A DNA stretch of 64,000 nt from Desulfosudaceae bacterium (GTDB taxonomy: Bacteria > Desulfobacterota > Desulfobacteria > Desulfobacterales > Desulfosudaceae). The notes beneath the pieces are model-generated. The model was not told the origin of the DNA and made no database searches. It saw nothing but the letters and a program-made list of their open reading frames with translations. Shown one piece after another: positions 30,115-39,537 of this stretch. Each line of letters begins with the position of its first letter. Positions within the stretch are counted from its first letter, which is position 1. Location: the NCBI GenBank assembly GCA_963674745.2, contig CAXXDV010000003.1:1568001-1632000 (forward strand), read 5' to 3'. The translations under genes and the position numbers were made by a program.

Positions 30115-31290
30115 GTGCGACGCCAGGTATTCATGTTTCTGATTCTTCAAGCATTTCTCACGGTTCTGGTCTTCGCCGTTGGCTTGTTGGCGGGCCAATG
30201 GCGCGTGCTGCACCCGTTTGGAGAATCCATAGCAGCAAGGAACCGGACCCAGTACTTGGCTGCGCATCTCGACAAGGCCCAGCGCGAAAAGATACTGTCC
30301 AGCTACTACGCTGACGGGGCGACTGCCGACACGATTGGGAAAAGCCTATGGAATGTGCCGTACGCGATTGCGCCTTTTGTGGGTACCGCTGCGTGTCCAG
30401 GCGAGTACGGCAGCGGGGCGATCAACTCGATGCTGTGCCGGAACTCGGAGCAACTCGCGATTCCGCGACCCCGCAACGAGTACCGGGTGTTCATCGTCGG
30501 CGGGTCCGCGGCTTTCGGTGTGGGTGCACCTTCTCAGGAACGCACGATTGGCGCGTATCTTGAGCGGGAATTGGCACGGGGGCTCCGCGAGGTGTTTGAT
30601 GACGAAATGGTCGCCAAGGTATGGACCCTTGCCACCCCGGGTTGGTGCTCCACGCACGAACGGATCATGATCGAGAACCGAATCTGCGAGTTTTCCCCAC
30701 ACTGGGTGTTCGCTTTTTCCGGGATCAACGAAGTCCATTGGGGTAGCCGCGGGGAGAACGTCATGTGGTTCCGGACTTTAGATGACAACAACGTGTTTCA
30801 GCTCCTGTCTCAGCTGCAGTGGAAAGCGGCGGGGACGCCTTTGGTCGACATTCTCCCAGTCCCAGAAGCAGCAGTTGCCCCGCAACTCGTCGCGGATCGA
30901 CTGGGCCGAAACGTGGCATCGTCGGCATTTGCACTGTCTGCTGTCGGGGCCCGGTACACGTTCGTGCTGCAGCCCACGCTCTATTTGACCGGGAAAGAAC
31001 GGACCAAGTGGGAGAAGCGTCGTCACGGGCTCGAGTCCCCGAACTACTTCTCGCTATGCTATGAGGCTATGCGTCAGTCGCTGGGAAAAATACAGGCCTG
31101 CAATTTCTCGTGGCTTGACTTGACCCCCGTGTTTGACAACTGCACCAGCGACGTCGGCATATTCCTTGACAACTACCATCTGGGCGACCGCGGAAACGAG
31201 TTGGTGGCGAAAGCCATGGCCAACACAGTGCTGGTGGCACTATCGAAAACACCCGACGCGCTGCGGGGATCCGGGGTTGCGGCCGAATGA
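30115..31290 (+). CDS. SGNH/GDSL-like hydrolase-fold protein
   Basis: VGGSAAFG, SGINE, D.YHL.DRGN; N-terminal TM; visibly GC-richer than its flanks. Confidence 0.72.
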   Translation: MRRQVFMFLILQAFLTVLVFAVGLLAGQWRVLHPFGESIAARNRTQYLAAHLDKAQREKILSSYYADGATADTIGKSLWNVPYAIAPFVGTAACPGEYGSGAINSMLCRNSEQLAIPRPRNEYRVFIVGGSAAFGVGAPSQERTIGAYLERELARGLREVFDDEMVAKVWTLATPGWCSTHERIMIENRICEFSPHWVFAFSGINEVHWGSRGENVMWFRTLDDNNVFQLLSQLQWKAAGTPLVDILPVPEAAVAPQLVADRLGRNVASSAFALSAVGARYTFVLQPTLYLTGKERTKWEKRRHGLESPNYFSLCYEAMRQSLGKIQACNFSWLDLTPVFDNCTSDVGIFLDNYHLGDRGNELVAKAMANTVLVALSKTPDALRGSGVAAE

Positions 31291-31443
31291 CAGATTGCCG
31301 AGCCATTCACGCGTGGACCTTCTCTCCGTGACGGCCTGTCCACGGTCGTGAACATCGGCTGTTCGAAGAAGTTGTGGTAGCAGACCAGCACGACCCGGCC
31401 GCTGGCGAGGAATGCCTGCAGGTAGTTTGCGACCGCCAGGCCA

Positions 31444-31660
31444 GGAACAAGTAGTGAACAGGAACAAGTAGGGGACGTCTTTAAATAATTAAGCAACTTG
31501 CTTCCGCCTTCCCTTTTGTTATTTTTTTCATATGCCAGGAATTGGTATCTCCGGGGTCGGGCCAAACCAACATACTGATTCATAAACGATAACACCTCAA
31601 AAATAAGGCATAGAGTACCTTTCTTGCCCCTGAAAAGTACAGTCTACGCTTTTTCTTATG
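31444..31660 (+). repeat. Family A-like end (31471) followed by family B left part (31551)
   Basis: ggaacaagtag duplicated, then ggggacgtct; ccggggtcgggccaaaccaac...cccctgaaaag. Confidence 0.7.
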
Positions 31661-31780
31661 GAAGGCGAAAAGCCTTCCGCTACATTTATTTGCAAATTTT
31701 GTAATTTCAAATTACTGTTTTTCGTTATATTATAAAATTAATAAAATTTTCCCGATTACACGAACATATCAAGGAGAACA

Positions 31781-32230
31781 ATGATGCAAAAAAACCGTTT
31801 ACACATCAAGGTCGTCCTTTTTCTGGCTGCTTCGTTTGTTCTGATCAGCACCCTTGCCCTGGCCGGCGGCGGGATAAACTGGAAGGTGACTGTTACAAAC
31901 GATACGAATTACAAATGCAAAGTAACCGTGTCGAAGGATAAATTTACTACCCTTGAATGGATGGGGTGGCGAACATTAGAACCCGGGCAGCAGACCACCT
32001 TTGAAACCGGATCTTTATGCCCCTGTGGCATAAAGGGAGGGGTTTACGATGCGAACAGCAAGACATGGAAGAAAACCCGCACGGTAAACATCGGCCTGGC
32101 AAACGAGATAGACGAGAACGCGGAATACTGCTCGGCTGGCTGCTGGGACAGTTCCTGGAAACTTTGCCGGAAAGCGGGCACCGACGCCGACTCAATGAGA
32201 GAGAAGGATTTCAGCTGGTGCAAAAACTAA
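31781..32230 (+). CDS. Small secreted Cys-rich protein (paralog of 10039-10491)
   Basis: AGGAG RBS, signal peptide, same Cys motifs. Confidence 0.8.
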   Translation: MMQKNRLHIKVVLFLAASFVLISTLALAGGGINWKVTVTNDTNYKCKVTVSKDKFTTLEWMGWRTLEPGQQTTFETGSLCPCGIKGGVYDANSKTWKKTRTVNIGLANEIDENAEYCSAGCWDSSWKLCRKAGTDADSMREKDFSWCKN

Positions 32231-32344
32231 AAGCGCCGCTTGCTTAGATATCTAACAACCATTTCTCCAAACCAGATAACCGTCAGTAATATCAGAAAGA
32301 CATCCCCGTAGCGGGCGTAAACAGACCGCTCTTGGGACCCGACT

Positions 32345-32372
32345 GGGGTCGGACAAAACCAATATAAAACAA
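32345..32372 (+). repeat. Family B left end (short)
   Basis: ggggtcggacaaaaccaa. Confidence 0.65.
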
Positions 32373-32374
32373 CA

Positions 32375-33550
32375 TCAGGATAGAATTATTTCTGTTATTT
32401 CGTTGAAAGTACCCAGCCTCATGGGCGGCCCCCATCCGCCGGTTCCCTGATTTACATATATTTTCGTGTTGTTAAGTTTATAAACGCCTTTTAAAAAAGG
32501 CTGATGTAAATCAACAAGATATGTAAAGGGCCATATCTGTCCCCCATGTGTGTGCCCGGCCAAAACAAGGTCTGCTCCATATTCGGAAGCTTTTATGGCC
32601 GTGACTGGCTGATGGGCAAGAAGAATTTTCTTTGAGCCGTTATTTATTCCGGCAAGTGCTTTTTTGCAGTCAGAAGCAAATTTGCTCCCGAATGTTTTTG
32701 CTCGATAGTCAGTAACGCCGGCCAGGTAAAAAGAATCGCCGCCGGCCCTGATTTCAATATTTTCATTATTAAGTACTTTAATACCGGATTCTGCAATCGC
32801 CCGGGTCCATTTTTTAACGCCGTTGTAATACTCATGGTTTCCGGTTACAAAATAAACGCCTTTTTTTGCTTTCAGGTTTTTTAAAGGGCTGATCTCGTCT
32901 ATAAGATTTTCAAGCGGGCCGTCTGCAATATCCCCTGTTATCGCGATCATGTCAGGCTTTAATTCGTTCACCCGGTTAACGATCCGGCTCAGCGCCTTTC
33001 CTGTCATCATCTGGCCAATGTGGAGATCGGATATCTGAACAATTTTAAAACCTTTGAATATTTCAGGCAGACCGTCGAGTGAAATATTTATTTTAGTTAC
33101 AACCGCGTCGGTGTAATAATTTTTAACGCCAATGAAAGATAAACCCAAAACCAGTGCTGAAACCCCGCAGACGACAATCCTGAAAATAAATTCTCTTCTG
33201 TCCGGATTGGCGATGCTCTCTTCTGTACCCGGGAGTTTCGAATAAATAAAAACAAGTAAATGAACGACATCCGTAAAGAGAAAGGCAAAGAAAAACAGCA
33301 TCATTATACCGAGCCAGAAATAAGCACCCCACAAAACCGGATAAGAAAACTTAAGCGGCAGCATCCGGTAAGCGATCTCGGCAGCCGGAATTGACAGGCA
33401 CAGCACGACTAAACATAATGTCCCGAAATATTTAAACGTGCTGCTCAGGCCGGTATCACTTACCATTTTAATCCATAAGTAGTAATGAATTGAGGAAATG
33501 ACCAGAATTGAGACACATAAGAAAATAATTAAAGCCAGCGTTTTAGACAT
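32375..33550 (-). CDS. Membrane-anchored metallophosphoesterase (YkuE-like)
   Basis: SDLH, TGD, GNHE, GHTHGGQ. Confidence 0.92.
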   Translation of the reverse strand: MSKTLALIIFLCVSILVISSIHYYLWIKMVSDTGLSSTFKYFGTLCLVVLCLSIPAAEIAYRMLPLKFSYPVLWGAYFWLGIMMLFFFAFLFTDVVHLLVFIYSKLPGTEESIANPDRREFIFRIVVCGVSALVLGLSFIGVKNYYTDAVVTKINISLDGLPEIFKGFKIVQISDLHIGQMMTGKALSRIVNRVNELKPDMIAITGDIADGPLENLIDEISPLKNLKAKKGVYFVTGNHEYYNGVKKWTRAIAESGIKVLNNENIEIRAGGDSFYLAGVTDYRAKTFGSKFASDCKKALAGINNGSKKILLAHQPVTAIKASEYGADLVLAGHTHGGQIWPFTYLVDLHQPFLKGVYKLNNTKIYVNQGTGGWGPPMRLGTFNEITEIILS

Positions 33551-33621
33551 ATTTGTATCCGGGGAGATCGTTCTCTTCTGATATATAATTTATAAAAAAA
33601 CGGCTCTGACGAAAAAACCAG

Positions 33622-33738
33622 CCGGGGCAGGACCAAACCAACAGTCTGCTCTAAAACAAGATACACCTCAAAACCACCGAAAAACAAGGATTAGAGTGCC
33701 CATCAACATGTGGTGGCCATAAAAGCAAGTTCTTATCC
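33622..33738 (+). mobile_element. Family B element, internally deleted (promoter lost)
   Basis: Both ends present: ccggggcaggacc ... ccataaaagcaagttcttatcc. Confidence 0.8.
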
Positions 33739-33946
33739 TTTCCTTTATGATAAGTTTGCGTATTTCGCAGTATTTTTCTCCAATATTTTGTAGTTTGTAA
33801 TCCGTCAAAAACAATAACCTGCTGAATATTATTGATTATTCTTTTCGGCATGATTAATGCTCTAAAGATTACGATAAGATAAGAAGGTTGCGGTATCCTT
33901 TTGCAAGCAACCATAACAGCAACATTATTAACTGGAGGATGAGAGG

Positions 33947-34816
33947 ATGAAGAAAAAATGTTTGTTTGGTAAACTGGCAGTATTGTCAATGCTTACCCTG
34001 TTTCTGTTTGTTCAGGCAACCACCGCATTCGCATTTGCGCCCGAGCCGCCGCCTCCACCATATTCCAAAACGACCCCGGATAATCAATTCTGCGTTGTCT
34101 CGTATAATGTTGCCGGCCTGCCTGAACCACTTTCAGGTAGCGAGCCGATTACGAACACGAAGCCAATCGGCGAAAAGCTGAATGCCTTTGACATCGCCCT
34201 TGTTCAGGAAGACTTTGCCTATCATATTGACCTGGCAAAAGGAGACGGCCACCCCTATGACTCCGGATATATTTTTATGGGAGATGGCCTCAGCACATTT
34301 TCATACTGCCCATTTACCAACTTCACTCGTGAGGCATGGTTGGTATGTTATGGTGTTTTTGGTCACTTGAATGATTGCCTGACGCCTAAAGGGTTCACAC
34401 GTGCGACCCATGAACTGGCTCCCGGTGTATTTATAGACATCTATGATCTCCACATGGACGCTGGCGACAGTCAGGGAGACTTCGACGCCAGAAGGATCCA
34501 GGTCAATCAGCTTATAAGGCGAATTCTGTCAGCCTCCCAAAGTAAAGCCCTTATCGTGGCCGGTGATTTCAATATGAGTTACAGCGGGGAAGGTGATGTG
34601 CTGCTCGGTAAGCTCATGGATGATACCGGATTACTTGACGCAAGGCGGGAACTGGGGATTGGTGGTGACAGGATTGATAAAATACTCTATAGAAGCGGCA
34701 CAGATGTAACCCTTATTCCGGTTAACTATACTGTAGAGTATGATCATTTTAAAGATAGCAGCGGCGATCAATTATCTGACCATACAGCCATATCAGCGCT
34801 GTTTCAGTGGGAGTAG
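33947..34816 (+). CDS. Secreted endonuclease/exonuclease/phosphatase family protein
   Basis: SYNVAGLP, QEDF, GDFN, DKILY, SDH. Confidence 0.85.
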   Translation: MKKKCLFGKLAVLSMLTLFLFVQATTAFAFAPEPPPPPYSKTTPDNQFCVVSYNVAGLPEPLSGSEPITNTKPIGEKLNAFDIALVQEDFAYHIDLAKGDGHPYDSGYIFMGDGLSTFSYCPFTNFTREAWLVCYGVFGHLNDCLTPKGFTRATHELAPGVFIDIYDLHMDAGDSQGDFDARRIQVNQLIRRILSASQSKALIVAGDFNMSYSGEGDVLLGKLMDDTGLLDARRELGIGGDRIDKILYRSGTDVTLIPVNYTVEYDHFKDSSGDQLSDHTAISALFQWE

Positions 34817-34828
34817 CAAAAAAACAGG

Positions 34829-34863
34829 AGCGCAGTCTCGCAATTATGTGAGACTGCGCTTTA
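34829..34863. terminator. Hairpin terminator between convergent genes
   Basis: agcgcagtctc ... gagactgcgct. Confidence 0.65.
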
Positions 34864-34884
34864 CAATTCGGAATTCCAGGAATT

Positions 34885-35463
34885 CTAAAACCGGGTTTTG
34901 ATCCAGCGGATGACACCGCCCAGAATCGGAATCTGTTCATATATCAGGGCGGTATCCCAGTAATCCTGATGAAACACGATTTGCCCATGATTATTGAACC
35001 GCACATGGGACATTCCCACGGTCTCAATAACGTTTTCAAGATCCTTCTCGAGAACCAGGTGCATGACCCAGCGGAAATAATAATCGCCTTCCGAATCAAC
35101 CACATCCACTATTTCAAAACGGCAGGAATGAACACTTTCAATGCTTCCCAGAAAATAGGTTTCCATGGCGTCCAGGCCCCGGACGTGTTTAAAACCGTCG
35201 GCAAAAAAAGCATCCGGCGCATACAGCTCCCGTAGCCCGGCGCGGATGTTGTCCCGGGAAAAATCAGCGTAGAATCTCCGGAATTTTTCGATCGCCTCCC
35301 GGGCCGCGGGCGCGCCCGGATTAAAATCCGGGGTACGGACCGGATCCGTATCCGCCAATGCTTTCTGATAATCCGGTGAAATCCGGAAAGACCGGTGTTC
35401 CGGGGAACACCCGGTCAAGCTGAAGACTGATATGATGAACAGAAGCGATAAACAATTTTTCAT
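34885..35463 (-). CDS. NTF2/SnoaL-like lipoprotein
   Basis: Lipobox LTGC; YAPDAFF.D, HQDYWD. Confidence 0.8.
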   Translation of the reverse strand: MKNCLSLLFIISVFSLTGCSPEHRSFRISPDYQKALADTDPVRTPDFNPGAPAAREAIEKFRRFYADFSRDNIRAGLRELYAPDAFFADGFKHVRGLDAMETYFLGSIESVHSCRFEIVDVVDSEGDYYFRWVMHLVLEKDLENVIETVGMSHVRFNNHGQIVFHQDYWDTALIYEQIPILGGVIRWIKTRF

Positions 35464-35519
35464 GGTGGAATGCTCCCTGTTTGTTAAATGCCCATCCGCC
35501 GGGCGGCGGGATGCGAACA

Positions 35520-36551
35520 TCAAAAAAGGTTAGTATGTGCAATGATCCATCGATCCACTTCCAGCCAGCGGTCAAGAAGCCATTTTTTGCGTTTCTGATG
35601 ATCTTCGGGAATTTCCCCTGACGCGATCCGGCGAAAATGCACATGAATCTTTTTCCCGATCAGATCGCCGCGCCAGAACTGCTTGAAATCCGCTGCGCCT
35701 TCAAAGCCGGTATGGGTACAGATAAGGATATCGGCGTCGGGTGCACCCTGAATGGCCGCAGAAAAGCCGCCCATGCGCGGTGGAAGCACGTTCTGCATGG
35801 CATTGATGCGTGACAGGATTTCCGGAGATTCGGTTGTGGATAACTTCGCCCTGATTTTTTCCAGCTTGCGAGGATAAAAACGGGTGCCCTCGGGATAAAT
35901 CAGCACGCCGTCCCGTTTTCCCATACCGGTTGACAGTTCGCGGATGGCGCTCAACTGCCGTTCCGTGTGCTGTCCGCTCCGGTCCACAAAAACATTGGGC
36001 AGGCGGTTGCCGACCACATCCAGGCATGGATCCCACAGCAACTCCTGCTTGAGTACGAACCGAAGGAGCAGGTTGTGCGTATTGGCAATGAGGACCGAAG
36101 CCAGAACCGTATCCGCCGAGCTGGCATGGCGGATCAGGAGAATGATGGGACCGGGAAAGGCGCACGCGATGTCTTCCGCCTTGATCGACATGGAGAAGAT
36201 TTTCAGGGAACCGTACAGCAGGGCATGGGCCCAGCGGCCCTGGAGCCATGCATTCTGCCGGCTAAAGCGTTCCCTGCCGATGCCCATGAAGGCGCCGCTG
36301 ATCACCCATGAAAGAAAAGCACCCATGAGTCCAAGCATTTCGCAGTTCAGATACAGCAGAAAAAAAAGGACGCATCTGGTGCGCGGCCAGGATGCGCGAT
36401 GGGGTAGAAGCAGATCCGGTATGAGCGTGGATAGCGCAATTACGGGAAACCCCGCGGTGACAATGCCCCATAAAAGAAAACACAGGGGAAAGGAAATCAG
36501 TCGCCGCCTCCAGACTCGAAAGAACCGCGCTTCAACAGGATCGGTAATCAT
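35520..36551 (-). CDS. PlsC-like acyltransferase
   Basis: HASSAD (HX4D), YPEGTRF. Confidence 0.85.
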   Translation of the reverse strand: MITDPVEARFFRVWRRRLISFPLCFLLWGIVTAGFPVIALSTLIPDLLLPHRASWPRTRCVLFFLLYLNCEMLGLMGAFLSWVISGAFMGIGRERFSRQNAWLQGRWAHALLYGSLKIFSMSIKAEDIACAFPGPIILLIRHASSADTVLASVLIANTHNLLLRFVLKQELLWDPCLDVVGNRLPNVFVDRSGQHTERQLSAIRELSTGMGKRDGVLIYPEGTRFYPRKLEKIRAKLSTTESPEILSRINAMQNVLPPRMGGFSAAIQGAPDADILICTHTGFEGAADFKQFWRGDLIGKKIHVHFRRIASGEIPEDHQKRKKWLLDRWLEVDRWIIAHTNLF

Positions 36552-36840
36552 GACGTGTCCATTCCTCCAATGGATGCTACCGTAATAACAAAAAAGAAGA
36601 TAGCCGTCAAAAAGCAAGTCGTTTTAATAAACGGTTTCATCGTGCTCCCCCTGCCCTGTCTTTTTTGTTCAAAGCGATATTAAGCGGTCCATGTCAGTTG
36701 CGTTTCGGCAAATATTAACGATAAGTTATTTGATGTGAATAAAACATATTAACATATGCATCTAAGATTTTTCTTCACAAAAGGGCCTGCCTGATAAAAA
36801 AAGATATTTTTCTCTAAAACGATCTGCGTACAAAATTAAC

Positions 36841-36900
36841 CAAAAGAAGGTTTAGAACGCCCTTTTTAAATCTGAAAAGAACGTGTTAAGATTTTTTAAG
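36841..36900 (+). repeat. Degenerate internal segment of family B
   Basis: caaaagaaggtttagaacgccc...ctgaaaagaac..ttaagattttt. Confidence 0.5.
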
Positions 36901-37046
36901 GTGTTAGGTTATATGGAATGGGGTCAATTTTTCTGGACGCCGGATCGGAGGCGGGGTGAAGAAAAAGAAAGCCTGATGATGATTGAACATTGACACCCTC
37001 CGTGTTATGTTTTTAAAAACTGAACCCTTTAAGGCTCTTCAATGAC

Positions 37047-37937
37047 ATGATGAGAGACAACAACAAACTTTTTGAACTGACTGATACCGATTCTCCTGCT
37101 GAGACCCTGGCCGAGATAAAATATATCCTGCATTTGATCGACCCTGATTTGGATCCATCGCCCATCGAAAAGATATTCAGGGATATCATCCTCATCTTTA
37201 CCGGGAAATTCCCCGGATACCGGGCAGCCAACACAAAATATCATAACCTTGAGCATACCTGTTCTACGGCTCTTGCTGCTGCCAGGCTCATTCATGGATT
37301 GCATGTCCAGGATGCGGTTTTTTCACCCCGGCTTGTTCAGCTTTGCCTGATCGGCGCGCTTTTTCACGATACGGGCCTGATCCAGACCGAAAAAGAAGTG
37401 GCGGGTACCGGGGCCCAATACACCATCGGTCACGAGAATCGCTCAATCGCCCTCATGGAGAAATATCTCTCTGGAAACGGATATTCCCGTGAGGACATCC
37501 GCGACTGTGGCCATATGATCAAGTGTACGGAACTCGCCTTTAACATGGACGATATCCCGTTTGCGTCTGAAGAAGTCGGGACCATGGCCAGAATCGTTGG
37601 CACCGCCGACCTGGTCGCCCAGATGGCGGACAAAAATTACCAGGAAAAACTCCCCCTGCTTTTTCTGGAGTTCCAGGAAGCCGGAATAAAAGGATTTGAG
37701 ACCCCTCTGGAGCTTTTTAAAGAAACCGAAGGCTTTTATCGATCGATCGCACGTAAACGAATGAAAAATGAACTCAACGGCATTTCTTCGGCAGCGCTTT
37801 ATCATTTCAGGGACAGGTGGAATATCGACCGGAACCTTTACGAGGATTCAATCAAGTACAATATAAGGCTGATGAAGGAAACGGTGATGGAGTCGCTGAT
37901 GCAGCTTTCCATTGTTTCAGGGCCGGATAAAGAATGA
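37047..37937 (+). CDS. HD-domain metal-dependent phosphohydrolase
   Basis: YHNLEH, LFHDTG, HENRS, TADL. Confidence 0.85.
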   Translation: MMRDNNKLFELTDTDSPAETLAEIKYILHLIDPDLDPSPIEKIFRDIILIFTGKFPGYRAANTKYHNLEHTCSTALAAARLIHGLHVQDAVFSPRLVQLCLIGALFHDTGLIQTEKEVAGTGAQYTIGHENRSIALMEKYLSGNGYSREDIRDCGHMIKCTELAFNMDDIPFASEEVGTMARIVGTADLVAQMADKNYQEKLPLLFLEFQEAGIKGFETPLELFKETEGFYRSIARKRMKNELNGISSAALYHFRDRWNIDRNLYEDSIKYNIRLMKETVMESLMQLSIVSGPDKE

Positions 37938-38063
37938 TGGCTTCGTAAAAAATTCAAGATCAAGGCGCGCAAATCCTGAGGAATGCAACAACATACATAG
38001 AAGTACGTGAAATTCCGAATGATGCAGCGCAACGAAGATATTGAACTTTTTACGAAGCCATCA
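37935..38063. mobile_element. MITE-like element with 23-bp TIRs
   Basis: tgatggcttcgtaaaaaattcaa ... ttgaactttttacgaagccatca; both flanking stop codons are the terminal TGA. Confidence 0.8.
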
Positions 38064-39536
38064 GGAAAAGATATGCTGCACGGGCTGAATCCCGAGGGCT
38101 GACGGGTGAAAGGTTTCGACGATACCCTTTTTATATTTGCCGGTTTCCGGATCGCGTTCGTCCAGGTTGATGATGTCTATTTTCTTATAACTGCCGTCTT
38201 TCTCTTTTTCCAGGATGCAGACCAATGGCCTTTTTCTAAAATCTCTGCTGGGAGAACTGACGACCAGGGCGAGTTCGCCGGTTTTAAGCTTCAGCAGGGT
38301 GCCGACCGGGTATACCCCAAGAATACTGATGAGCACCTTGATGAGGGTGGGATCATAGTGTTTTCCGGCACGATCGAACATGTAGCCAAGGGCTCGGTCA
38401 GGACTCAGCAGGTATTTCCTGTAAGCCCGCGCTGATGTTAAAGTGTCATATTTGTCTGCGATGGAAATAATTTTGCCGAAAAGGGTCATCGGTTTTTTCC
38501 AGCCGGCATGGGGATAGCCGGACAGGTCGTATCTCAGGTGATGCTCAAACATCGGCACCATGATTCTGGCCTTGCCTTCAGGGGATGCATTGAGCCTTAA
38601 TAACAGTCTTGCGCTGTTCAGTGAATGCGCTTCAACAAGTTTCAGCTCGCTGTCGGTCAGTTTATCCCTTTTATGCAGAATTTCGGCGGGGATTTCAATT
38701 TTCCCAAGGTCATGAAAAAGGGCACATATGCCAAGGCTGACGATATTGCGACGCGAGAGATTGATGCGCCTGCCGATGCACATGGACAGCATGGCAACAT
38801 TCACTGAATGCGTATAGGTGTAGTCGTCAAATACCCGGAGTGTGCTGATGGCAGCATAAACTTCGTCATCCTCGATAAGATGCGTCGTCATGCCCTGGAC
38901 AACCCGGACGGTTTTCCGTATACCCACCTCACGCTTCCCGTCTTTTAACTTCTGGGCGACTTCTTCGAGAGAGGCCCTGGCATAAGTGTAGTCCTTTCTG
39001 GCCCGTTCCATCCGTTCTGCCTTGTCCTTGTAAGAGGATTCACTGTCATCCTGAGGCCTTTCCGTTTTTTCGATCAGTTCAACCCATTGGATGTTTTCAG
39101 CCTCAAGGCAGTCTGTAATCCAGGCCAGCGGTTTCGGCTTTTGTTCCGCACTGTCCAGAAGACGCATGAACGCCAGGATCTCTTTTGCAGAGGCATCCGT
39201 GATAGCTTCGCGCAGACGCACGCCCTCCAGGCCGCGGGTACTGAAATAACGTATGATGTTATCAAAAAGACTCTTTGTAGTTCTGGTGTAGCTGAGTTTT
39301 TCATCATCAACATACAACTGGTCATTGGAGATTTTGAACGTCAATGCGTCATCATCAATGCAGTTTTTTATGGACCTGGAAAATTTTTCAATTCCCTCTT
39401 TAACCAGCGTATGGTTTTCGTTGTGAATTCGTGCCATCTGGCCCAGGCTGTAGAAGTTACGCAGGAATTCTTCAAATCCCGAATAGGCCTTGCTTTTTTC
39501 ACCATCAGACATTGGTGTCTTCTCCTGAGACATCAC
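38061..39536 (-). CDS. HD-GYP domain protein
   Basis: YTYTHSVNV, HDLGK, HH..YD.SGYP. Confidence 0.9.
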   Translation of the reverse strand: MMSQEKTPMSDGEKSKAYSGFEEFLRNFYSLGQMARIHNENHTLVKEGIEKFSRSIKNCIDDDALTFKISNDQLYVDDEKLSYTRTTKSLFDNIIRYFSTRGLEGVRLREAITDASAKEILAFMRLLDSAEQKPKPLAWITDCLEAENIQWVELIEKTERPQDDSESSYKDKAERMERARKDYTYARASLEEVAQKLKDGKREVGIRKTVRVVQGMTTHLIEDDEVYAAISTLRVFDDYTYTHSVNVAMLSMCIGRRINLSRRNIVSLGICALFHDLGKIEIPAEILHKRDKLTDSELKLVEAHSLNSARLLLRLNASPEGKARIMVPMFEHHLRYDLSGYPHAGWKKPMTLFGKIISIADKYDTLTSARAYRKYLLSPDRALGYMFDRAGKHYDPTLIKVLISILGVYPVGTLLKLKTGELALVVSSPSRDFRKRPLVCILEKEKDGSYKKIDIINLDERDPETGKYKKGIVETFHPSALGIQPVQHIFS

Positions 39537-39537
39537 T

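Noticed and set aside
31173..31595. 140-aa minus-strand ORF
   Set aside because: It crosses family A and B repeats and overlaps the SGNH gene; at most a fragment of unknown origin.
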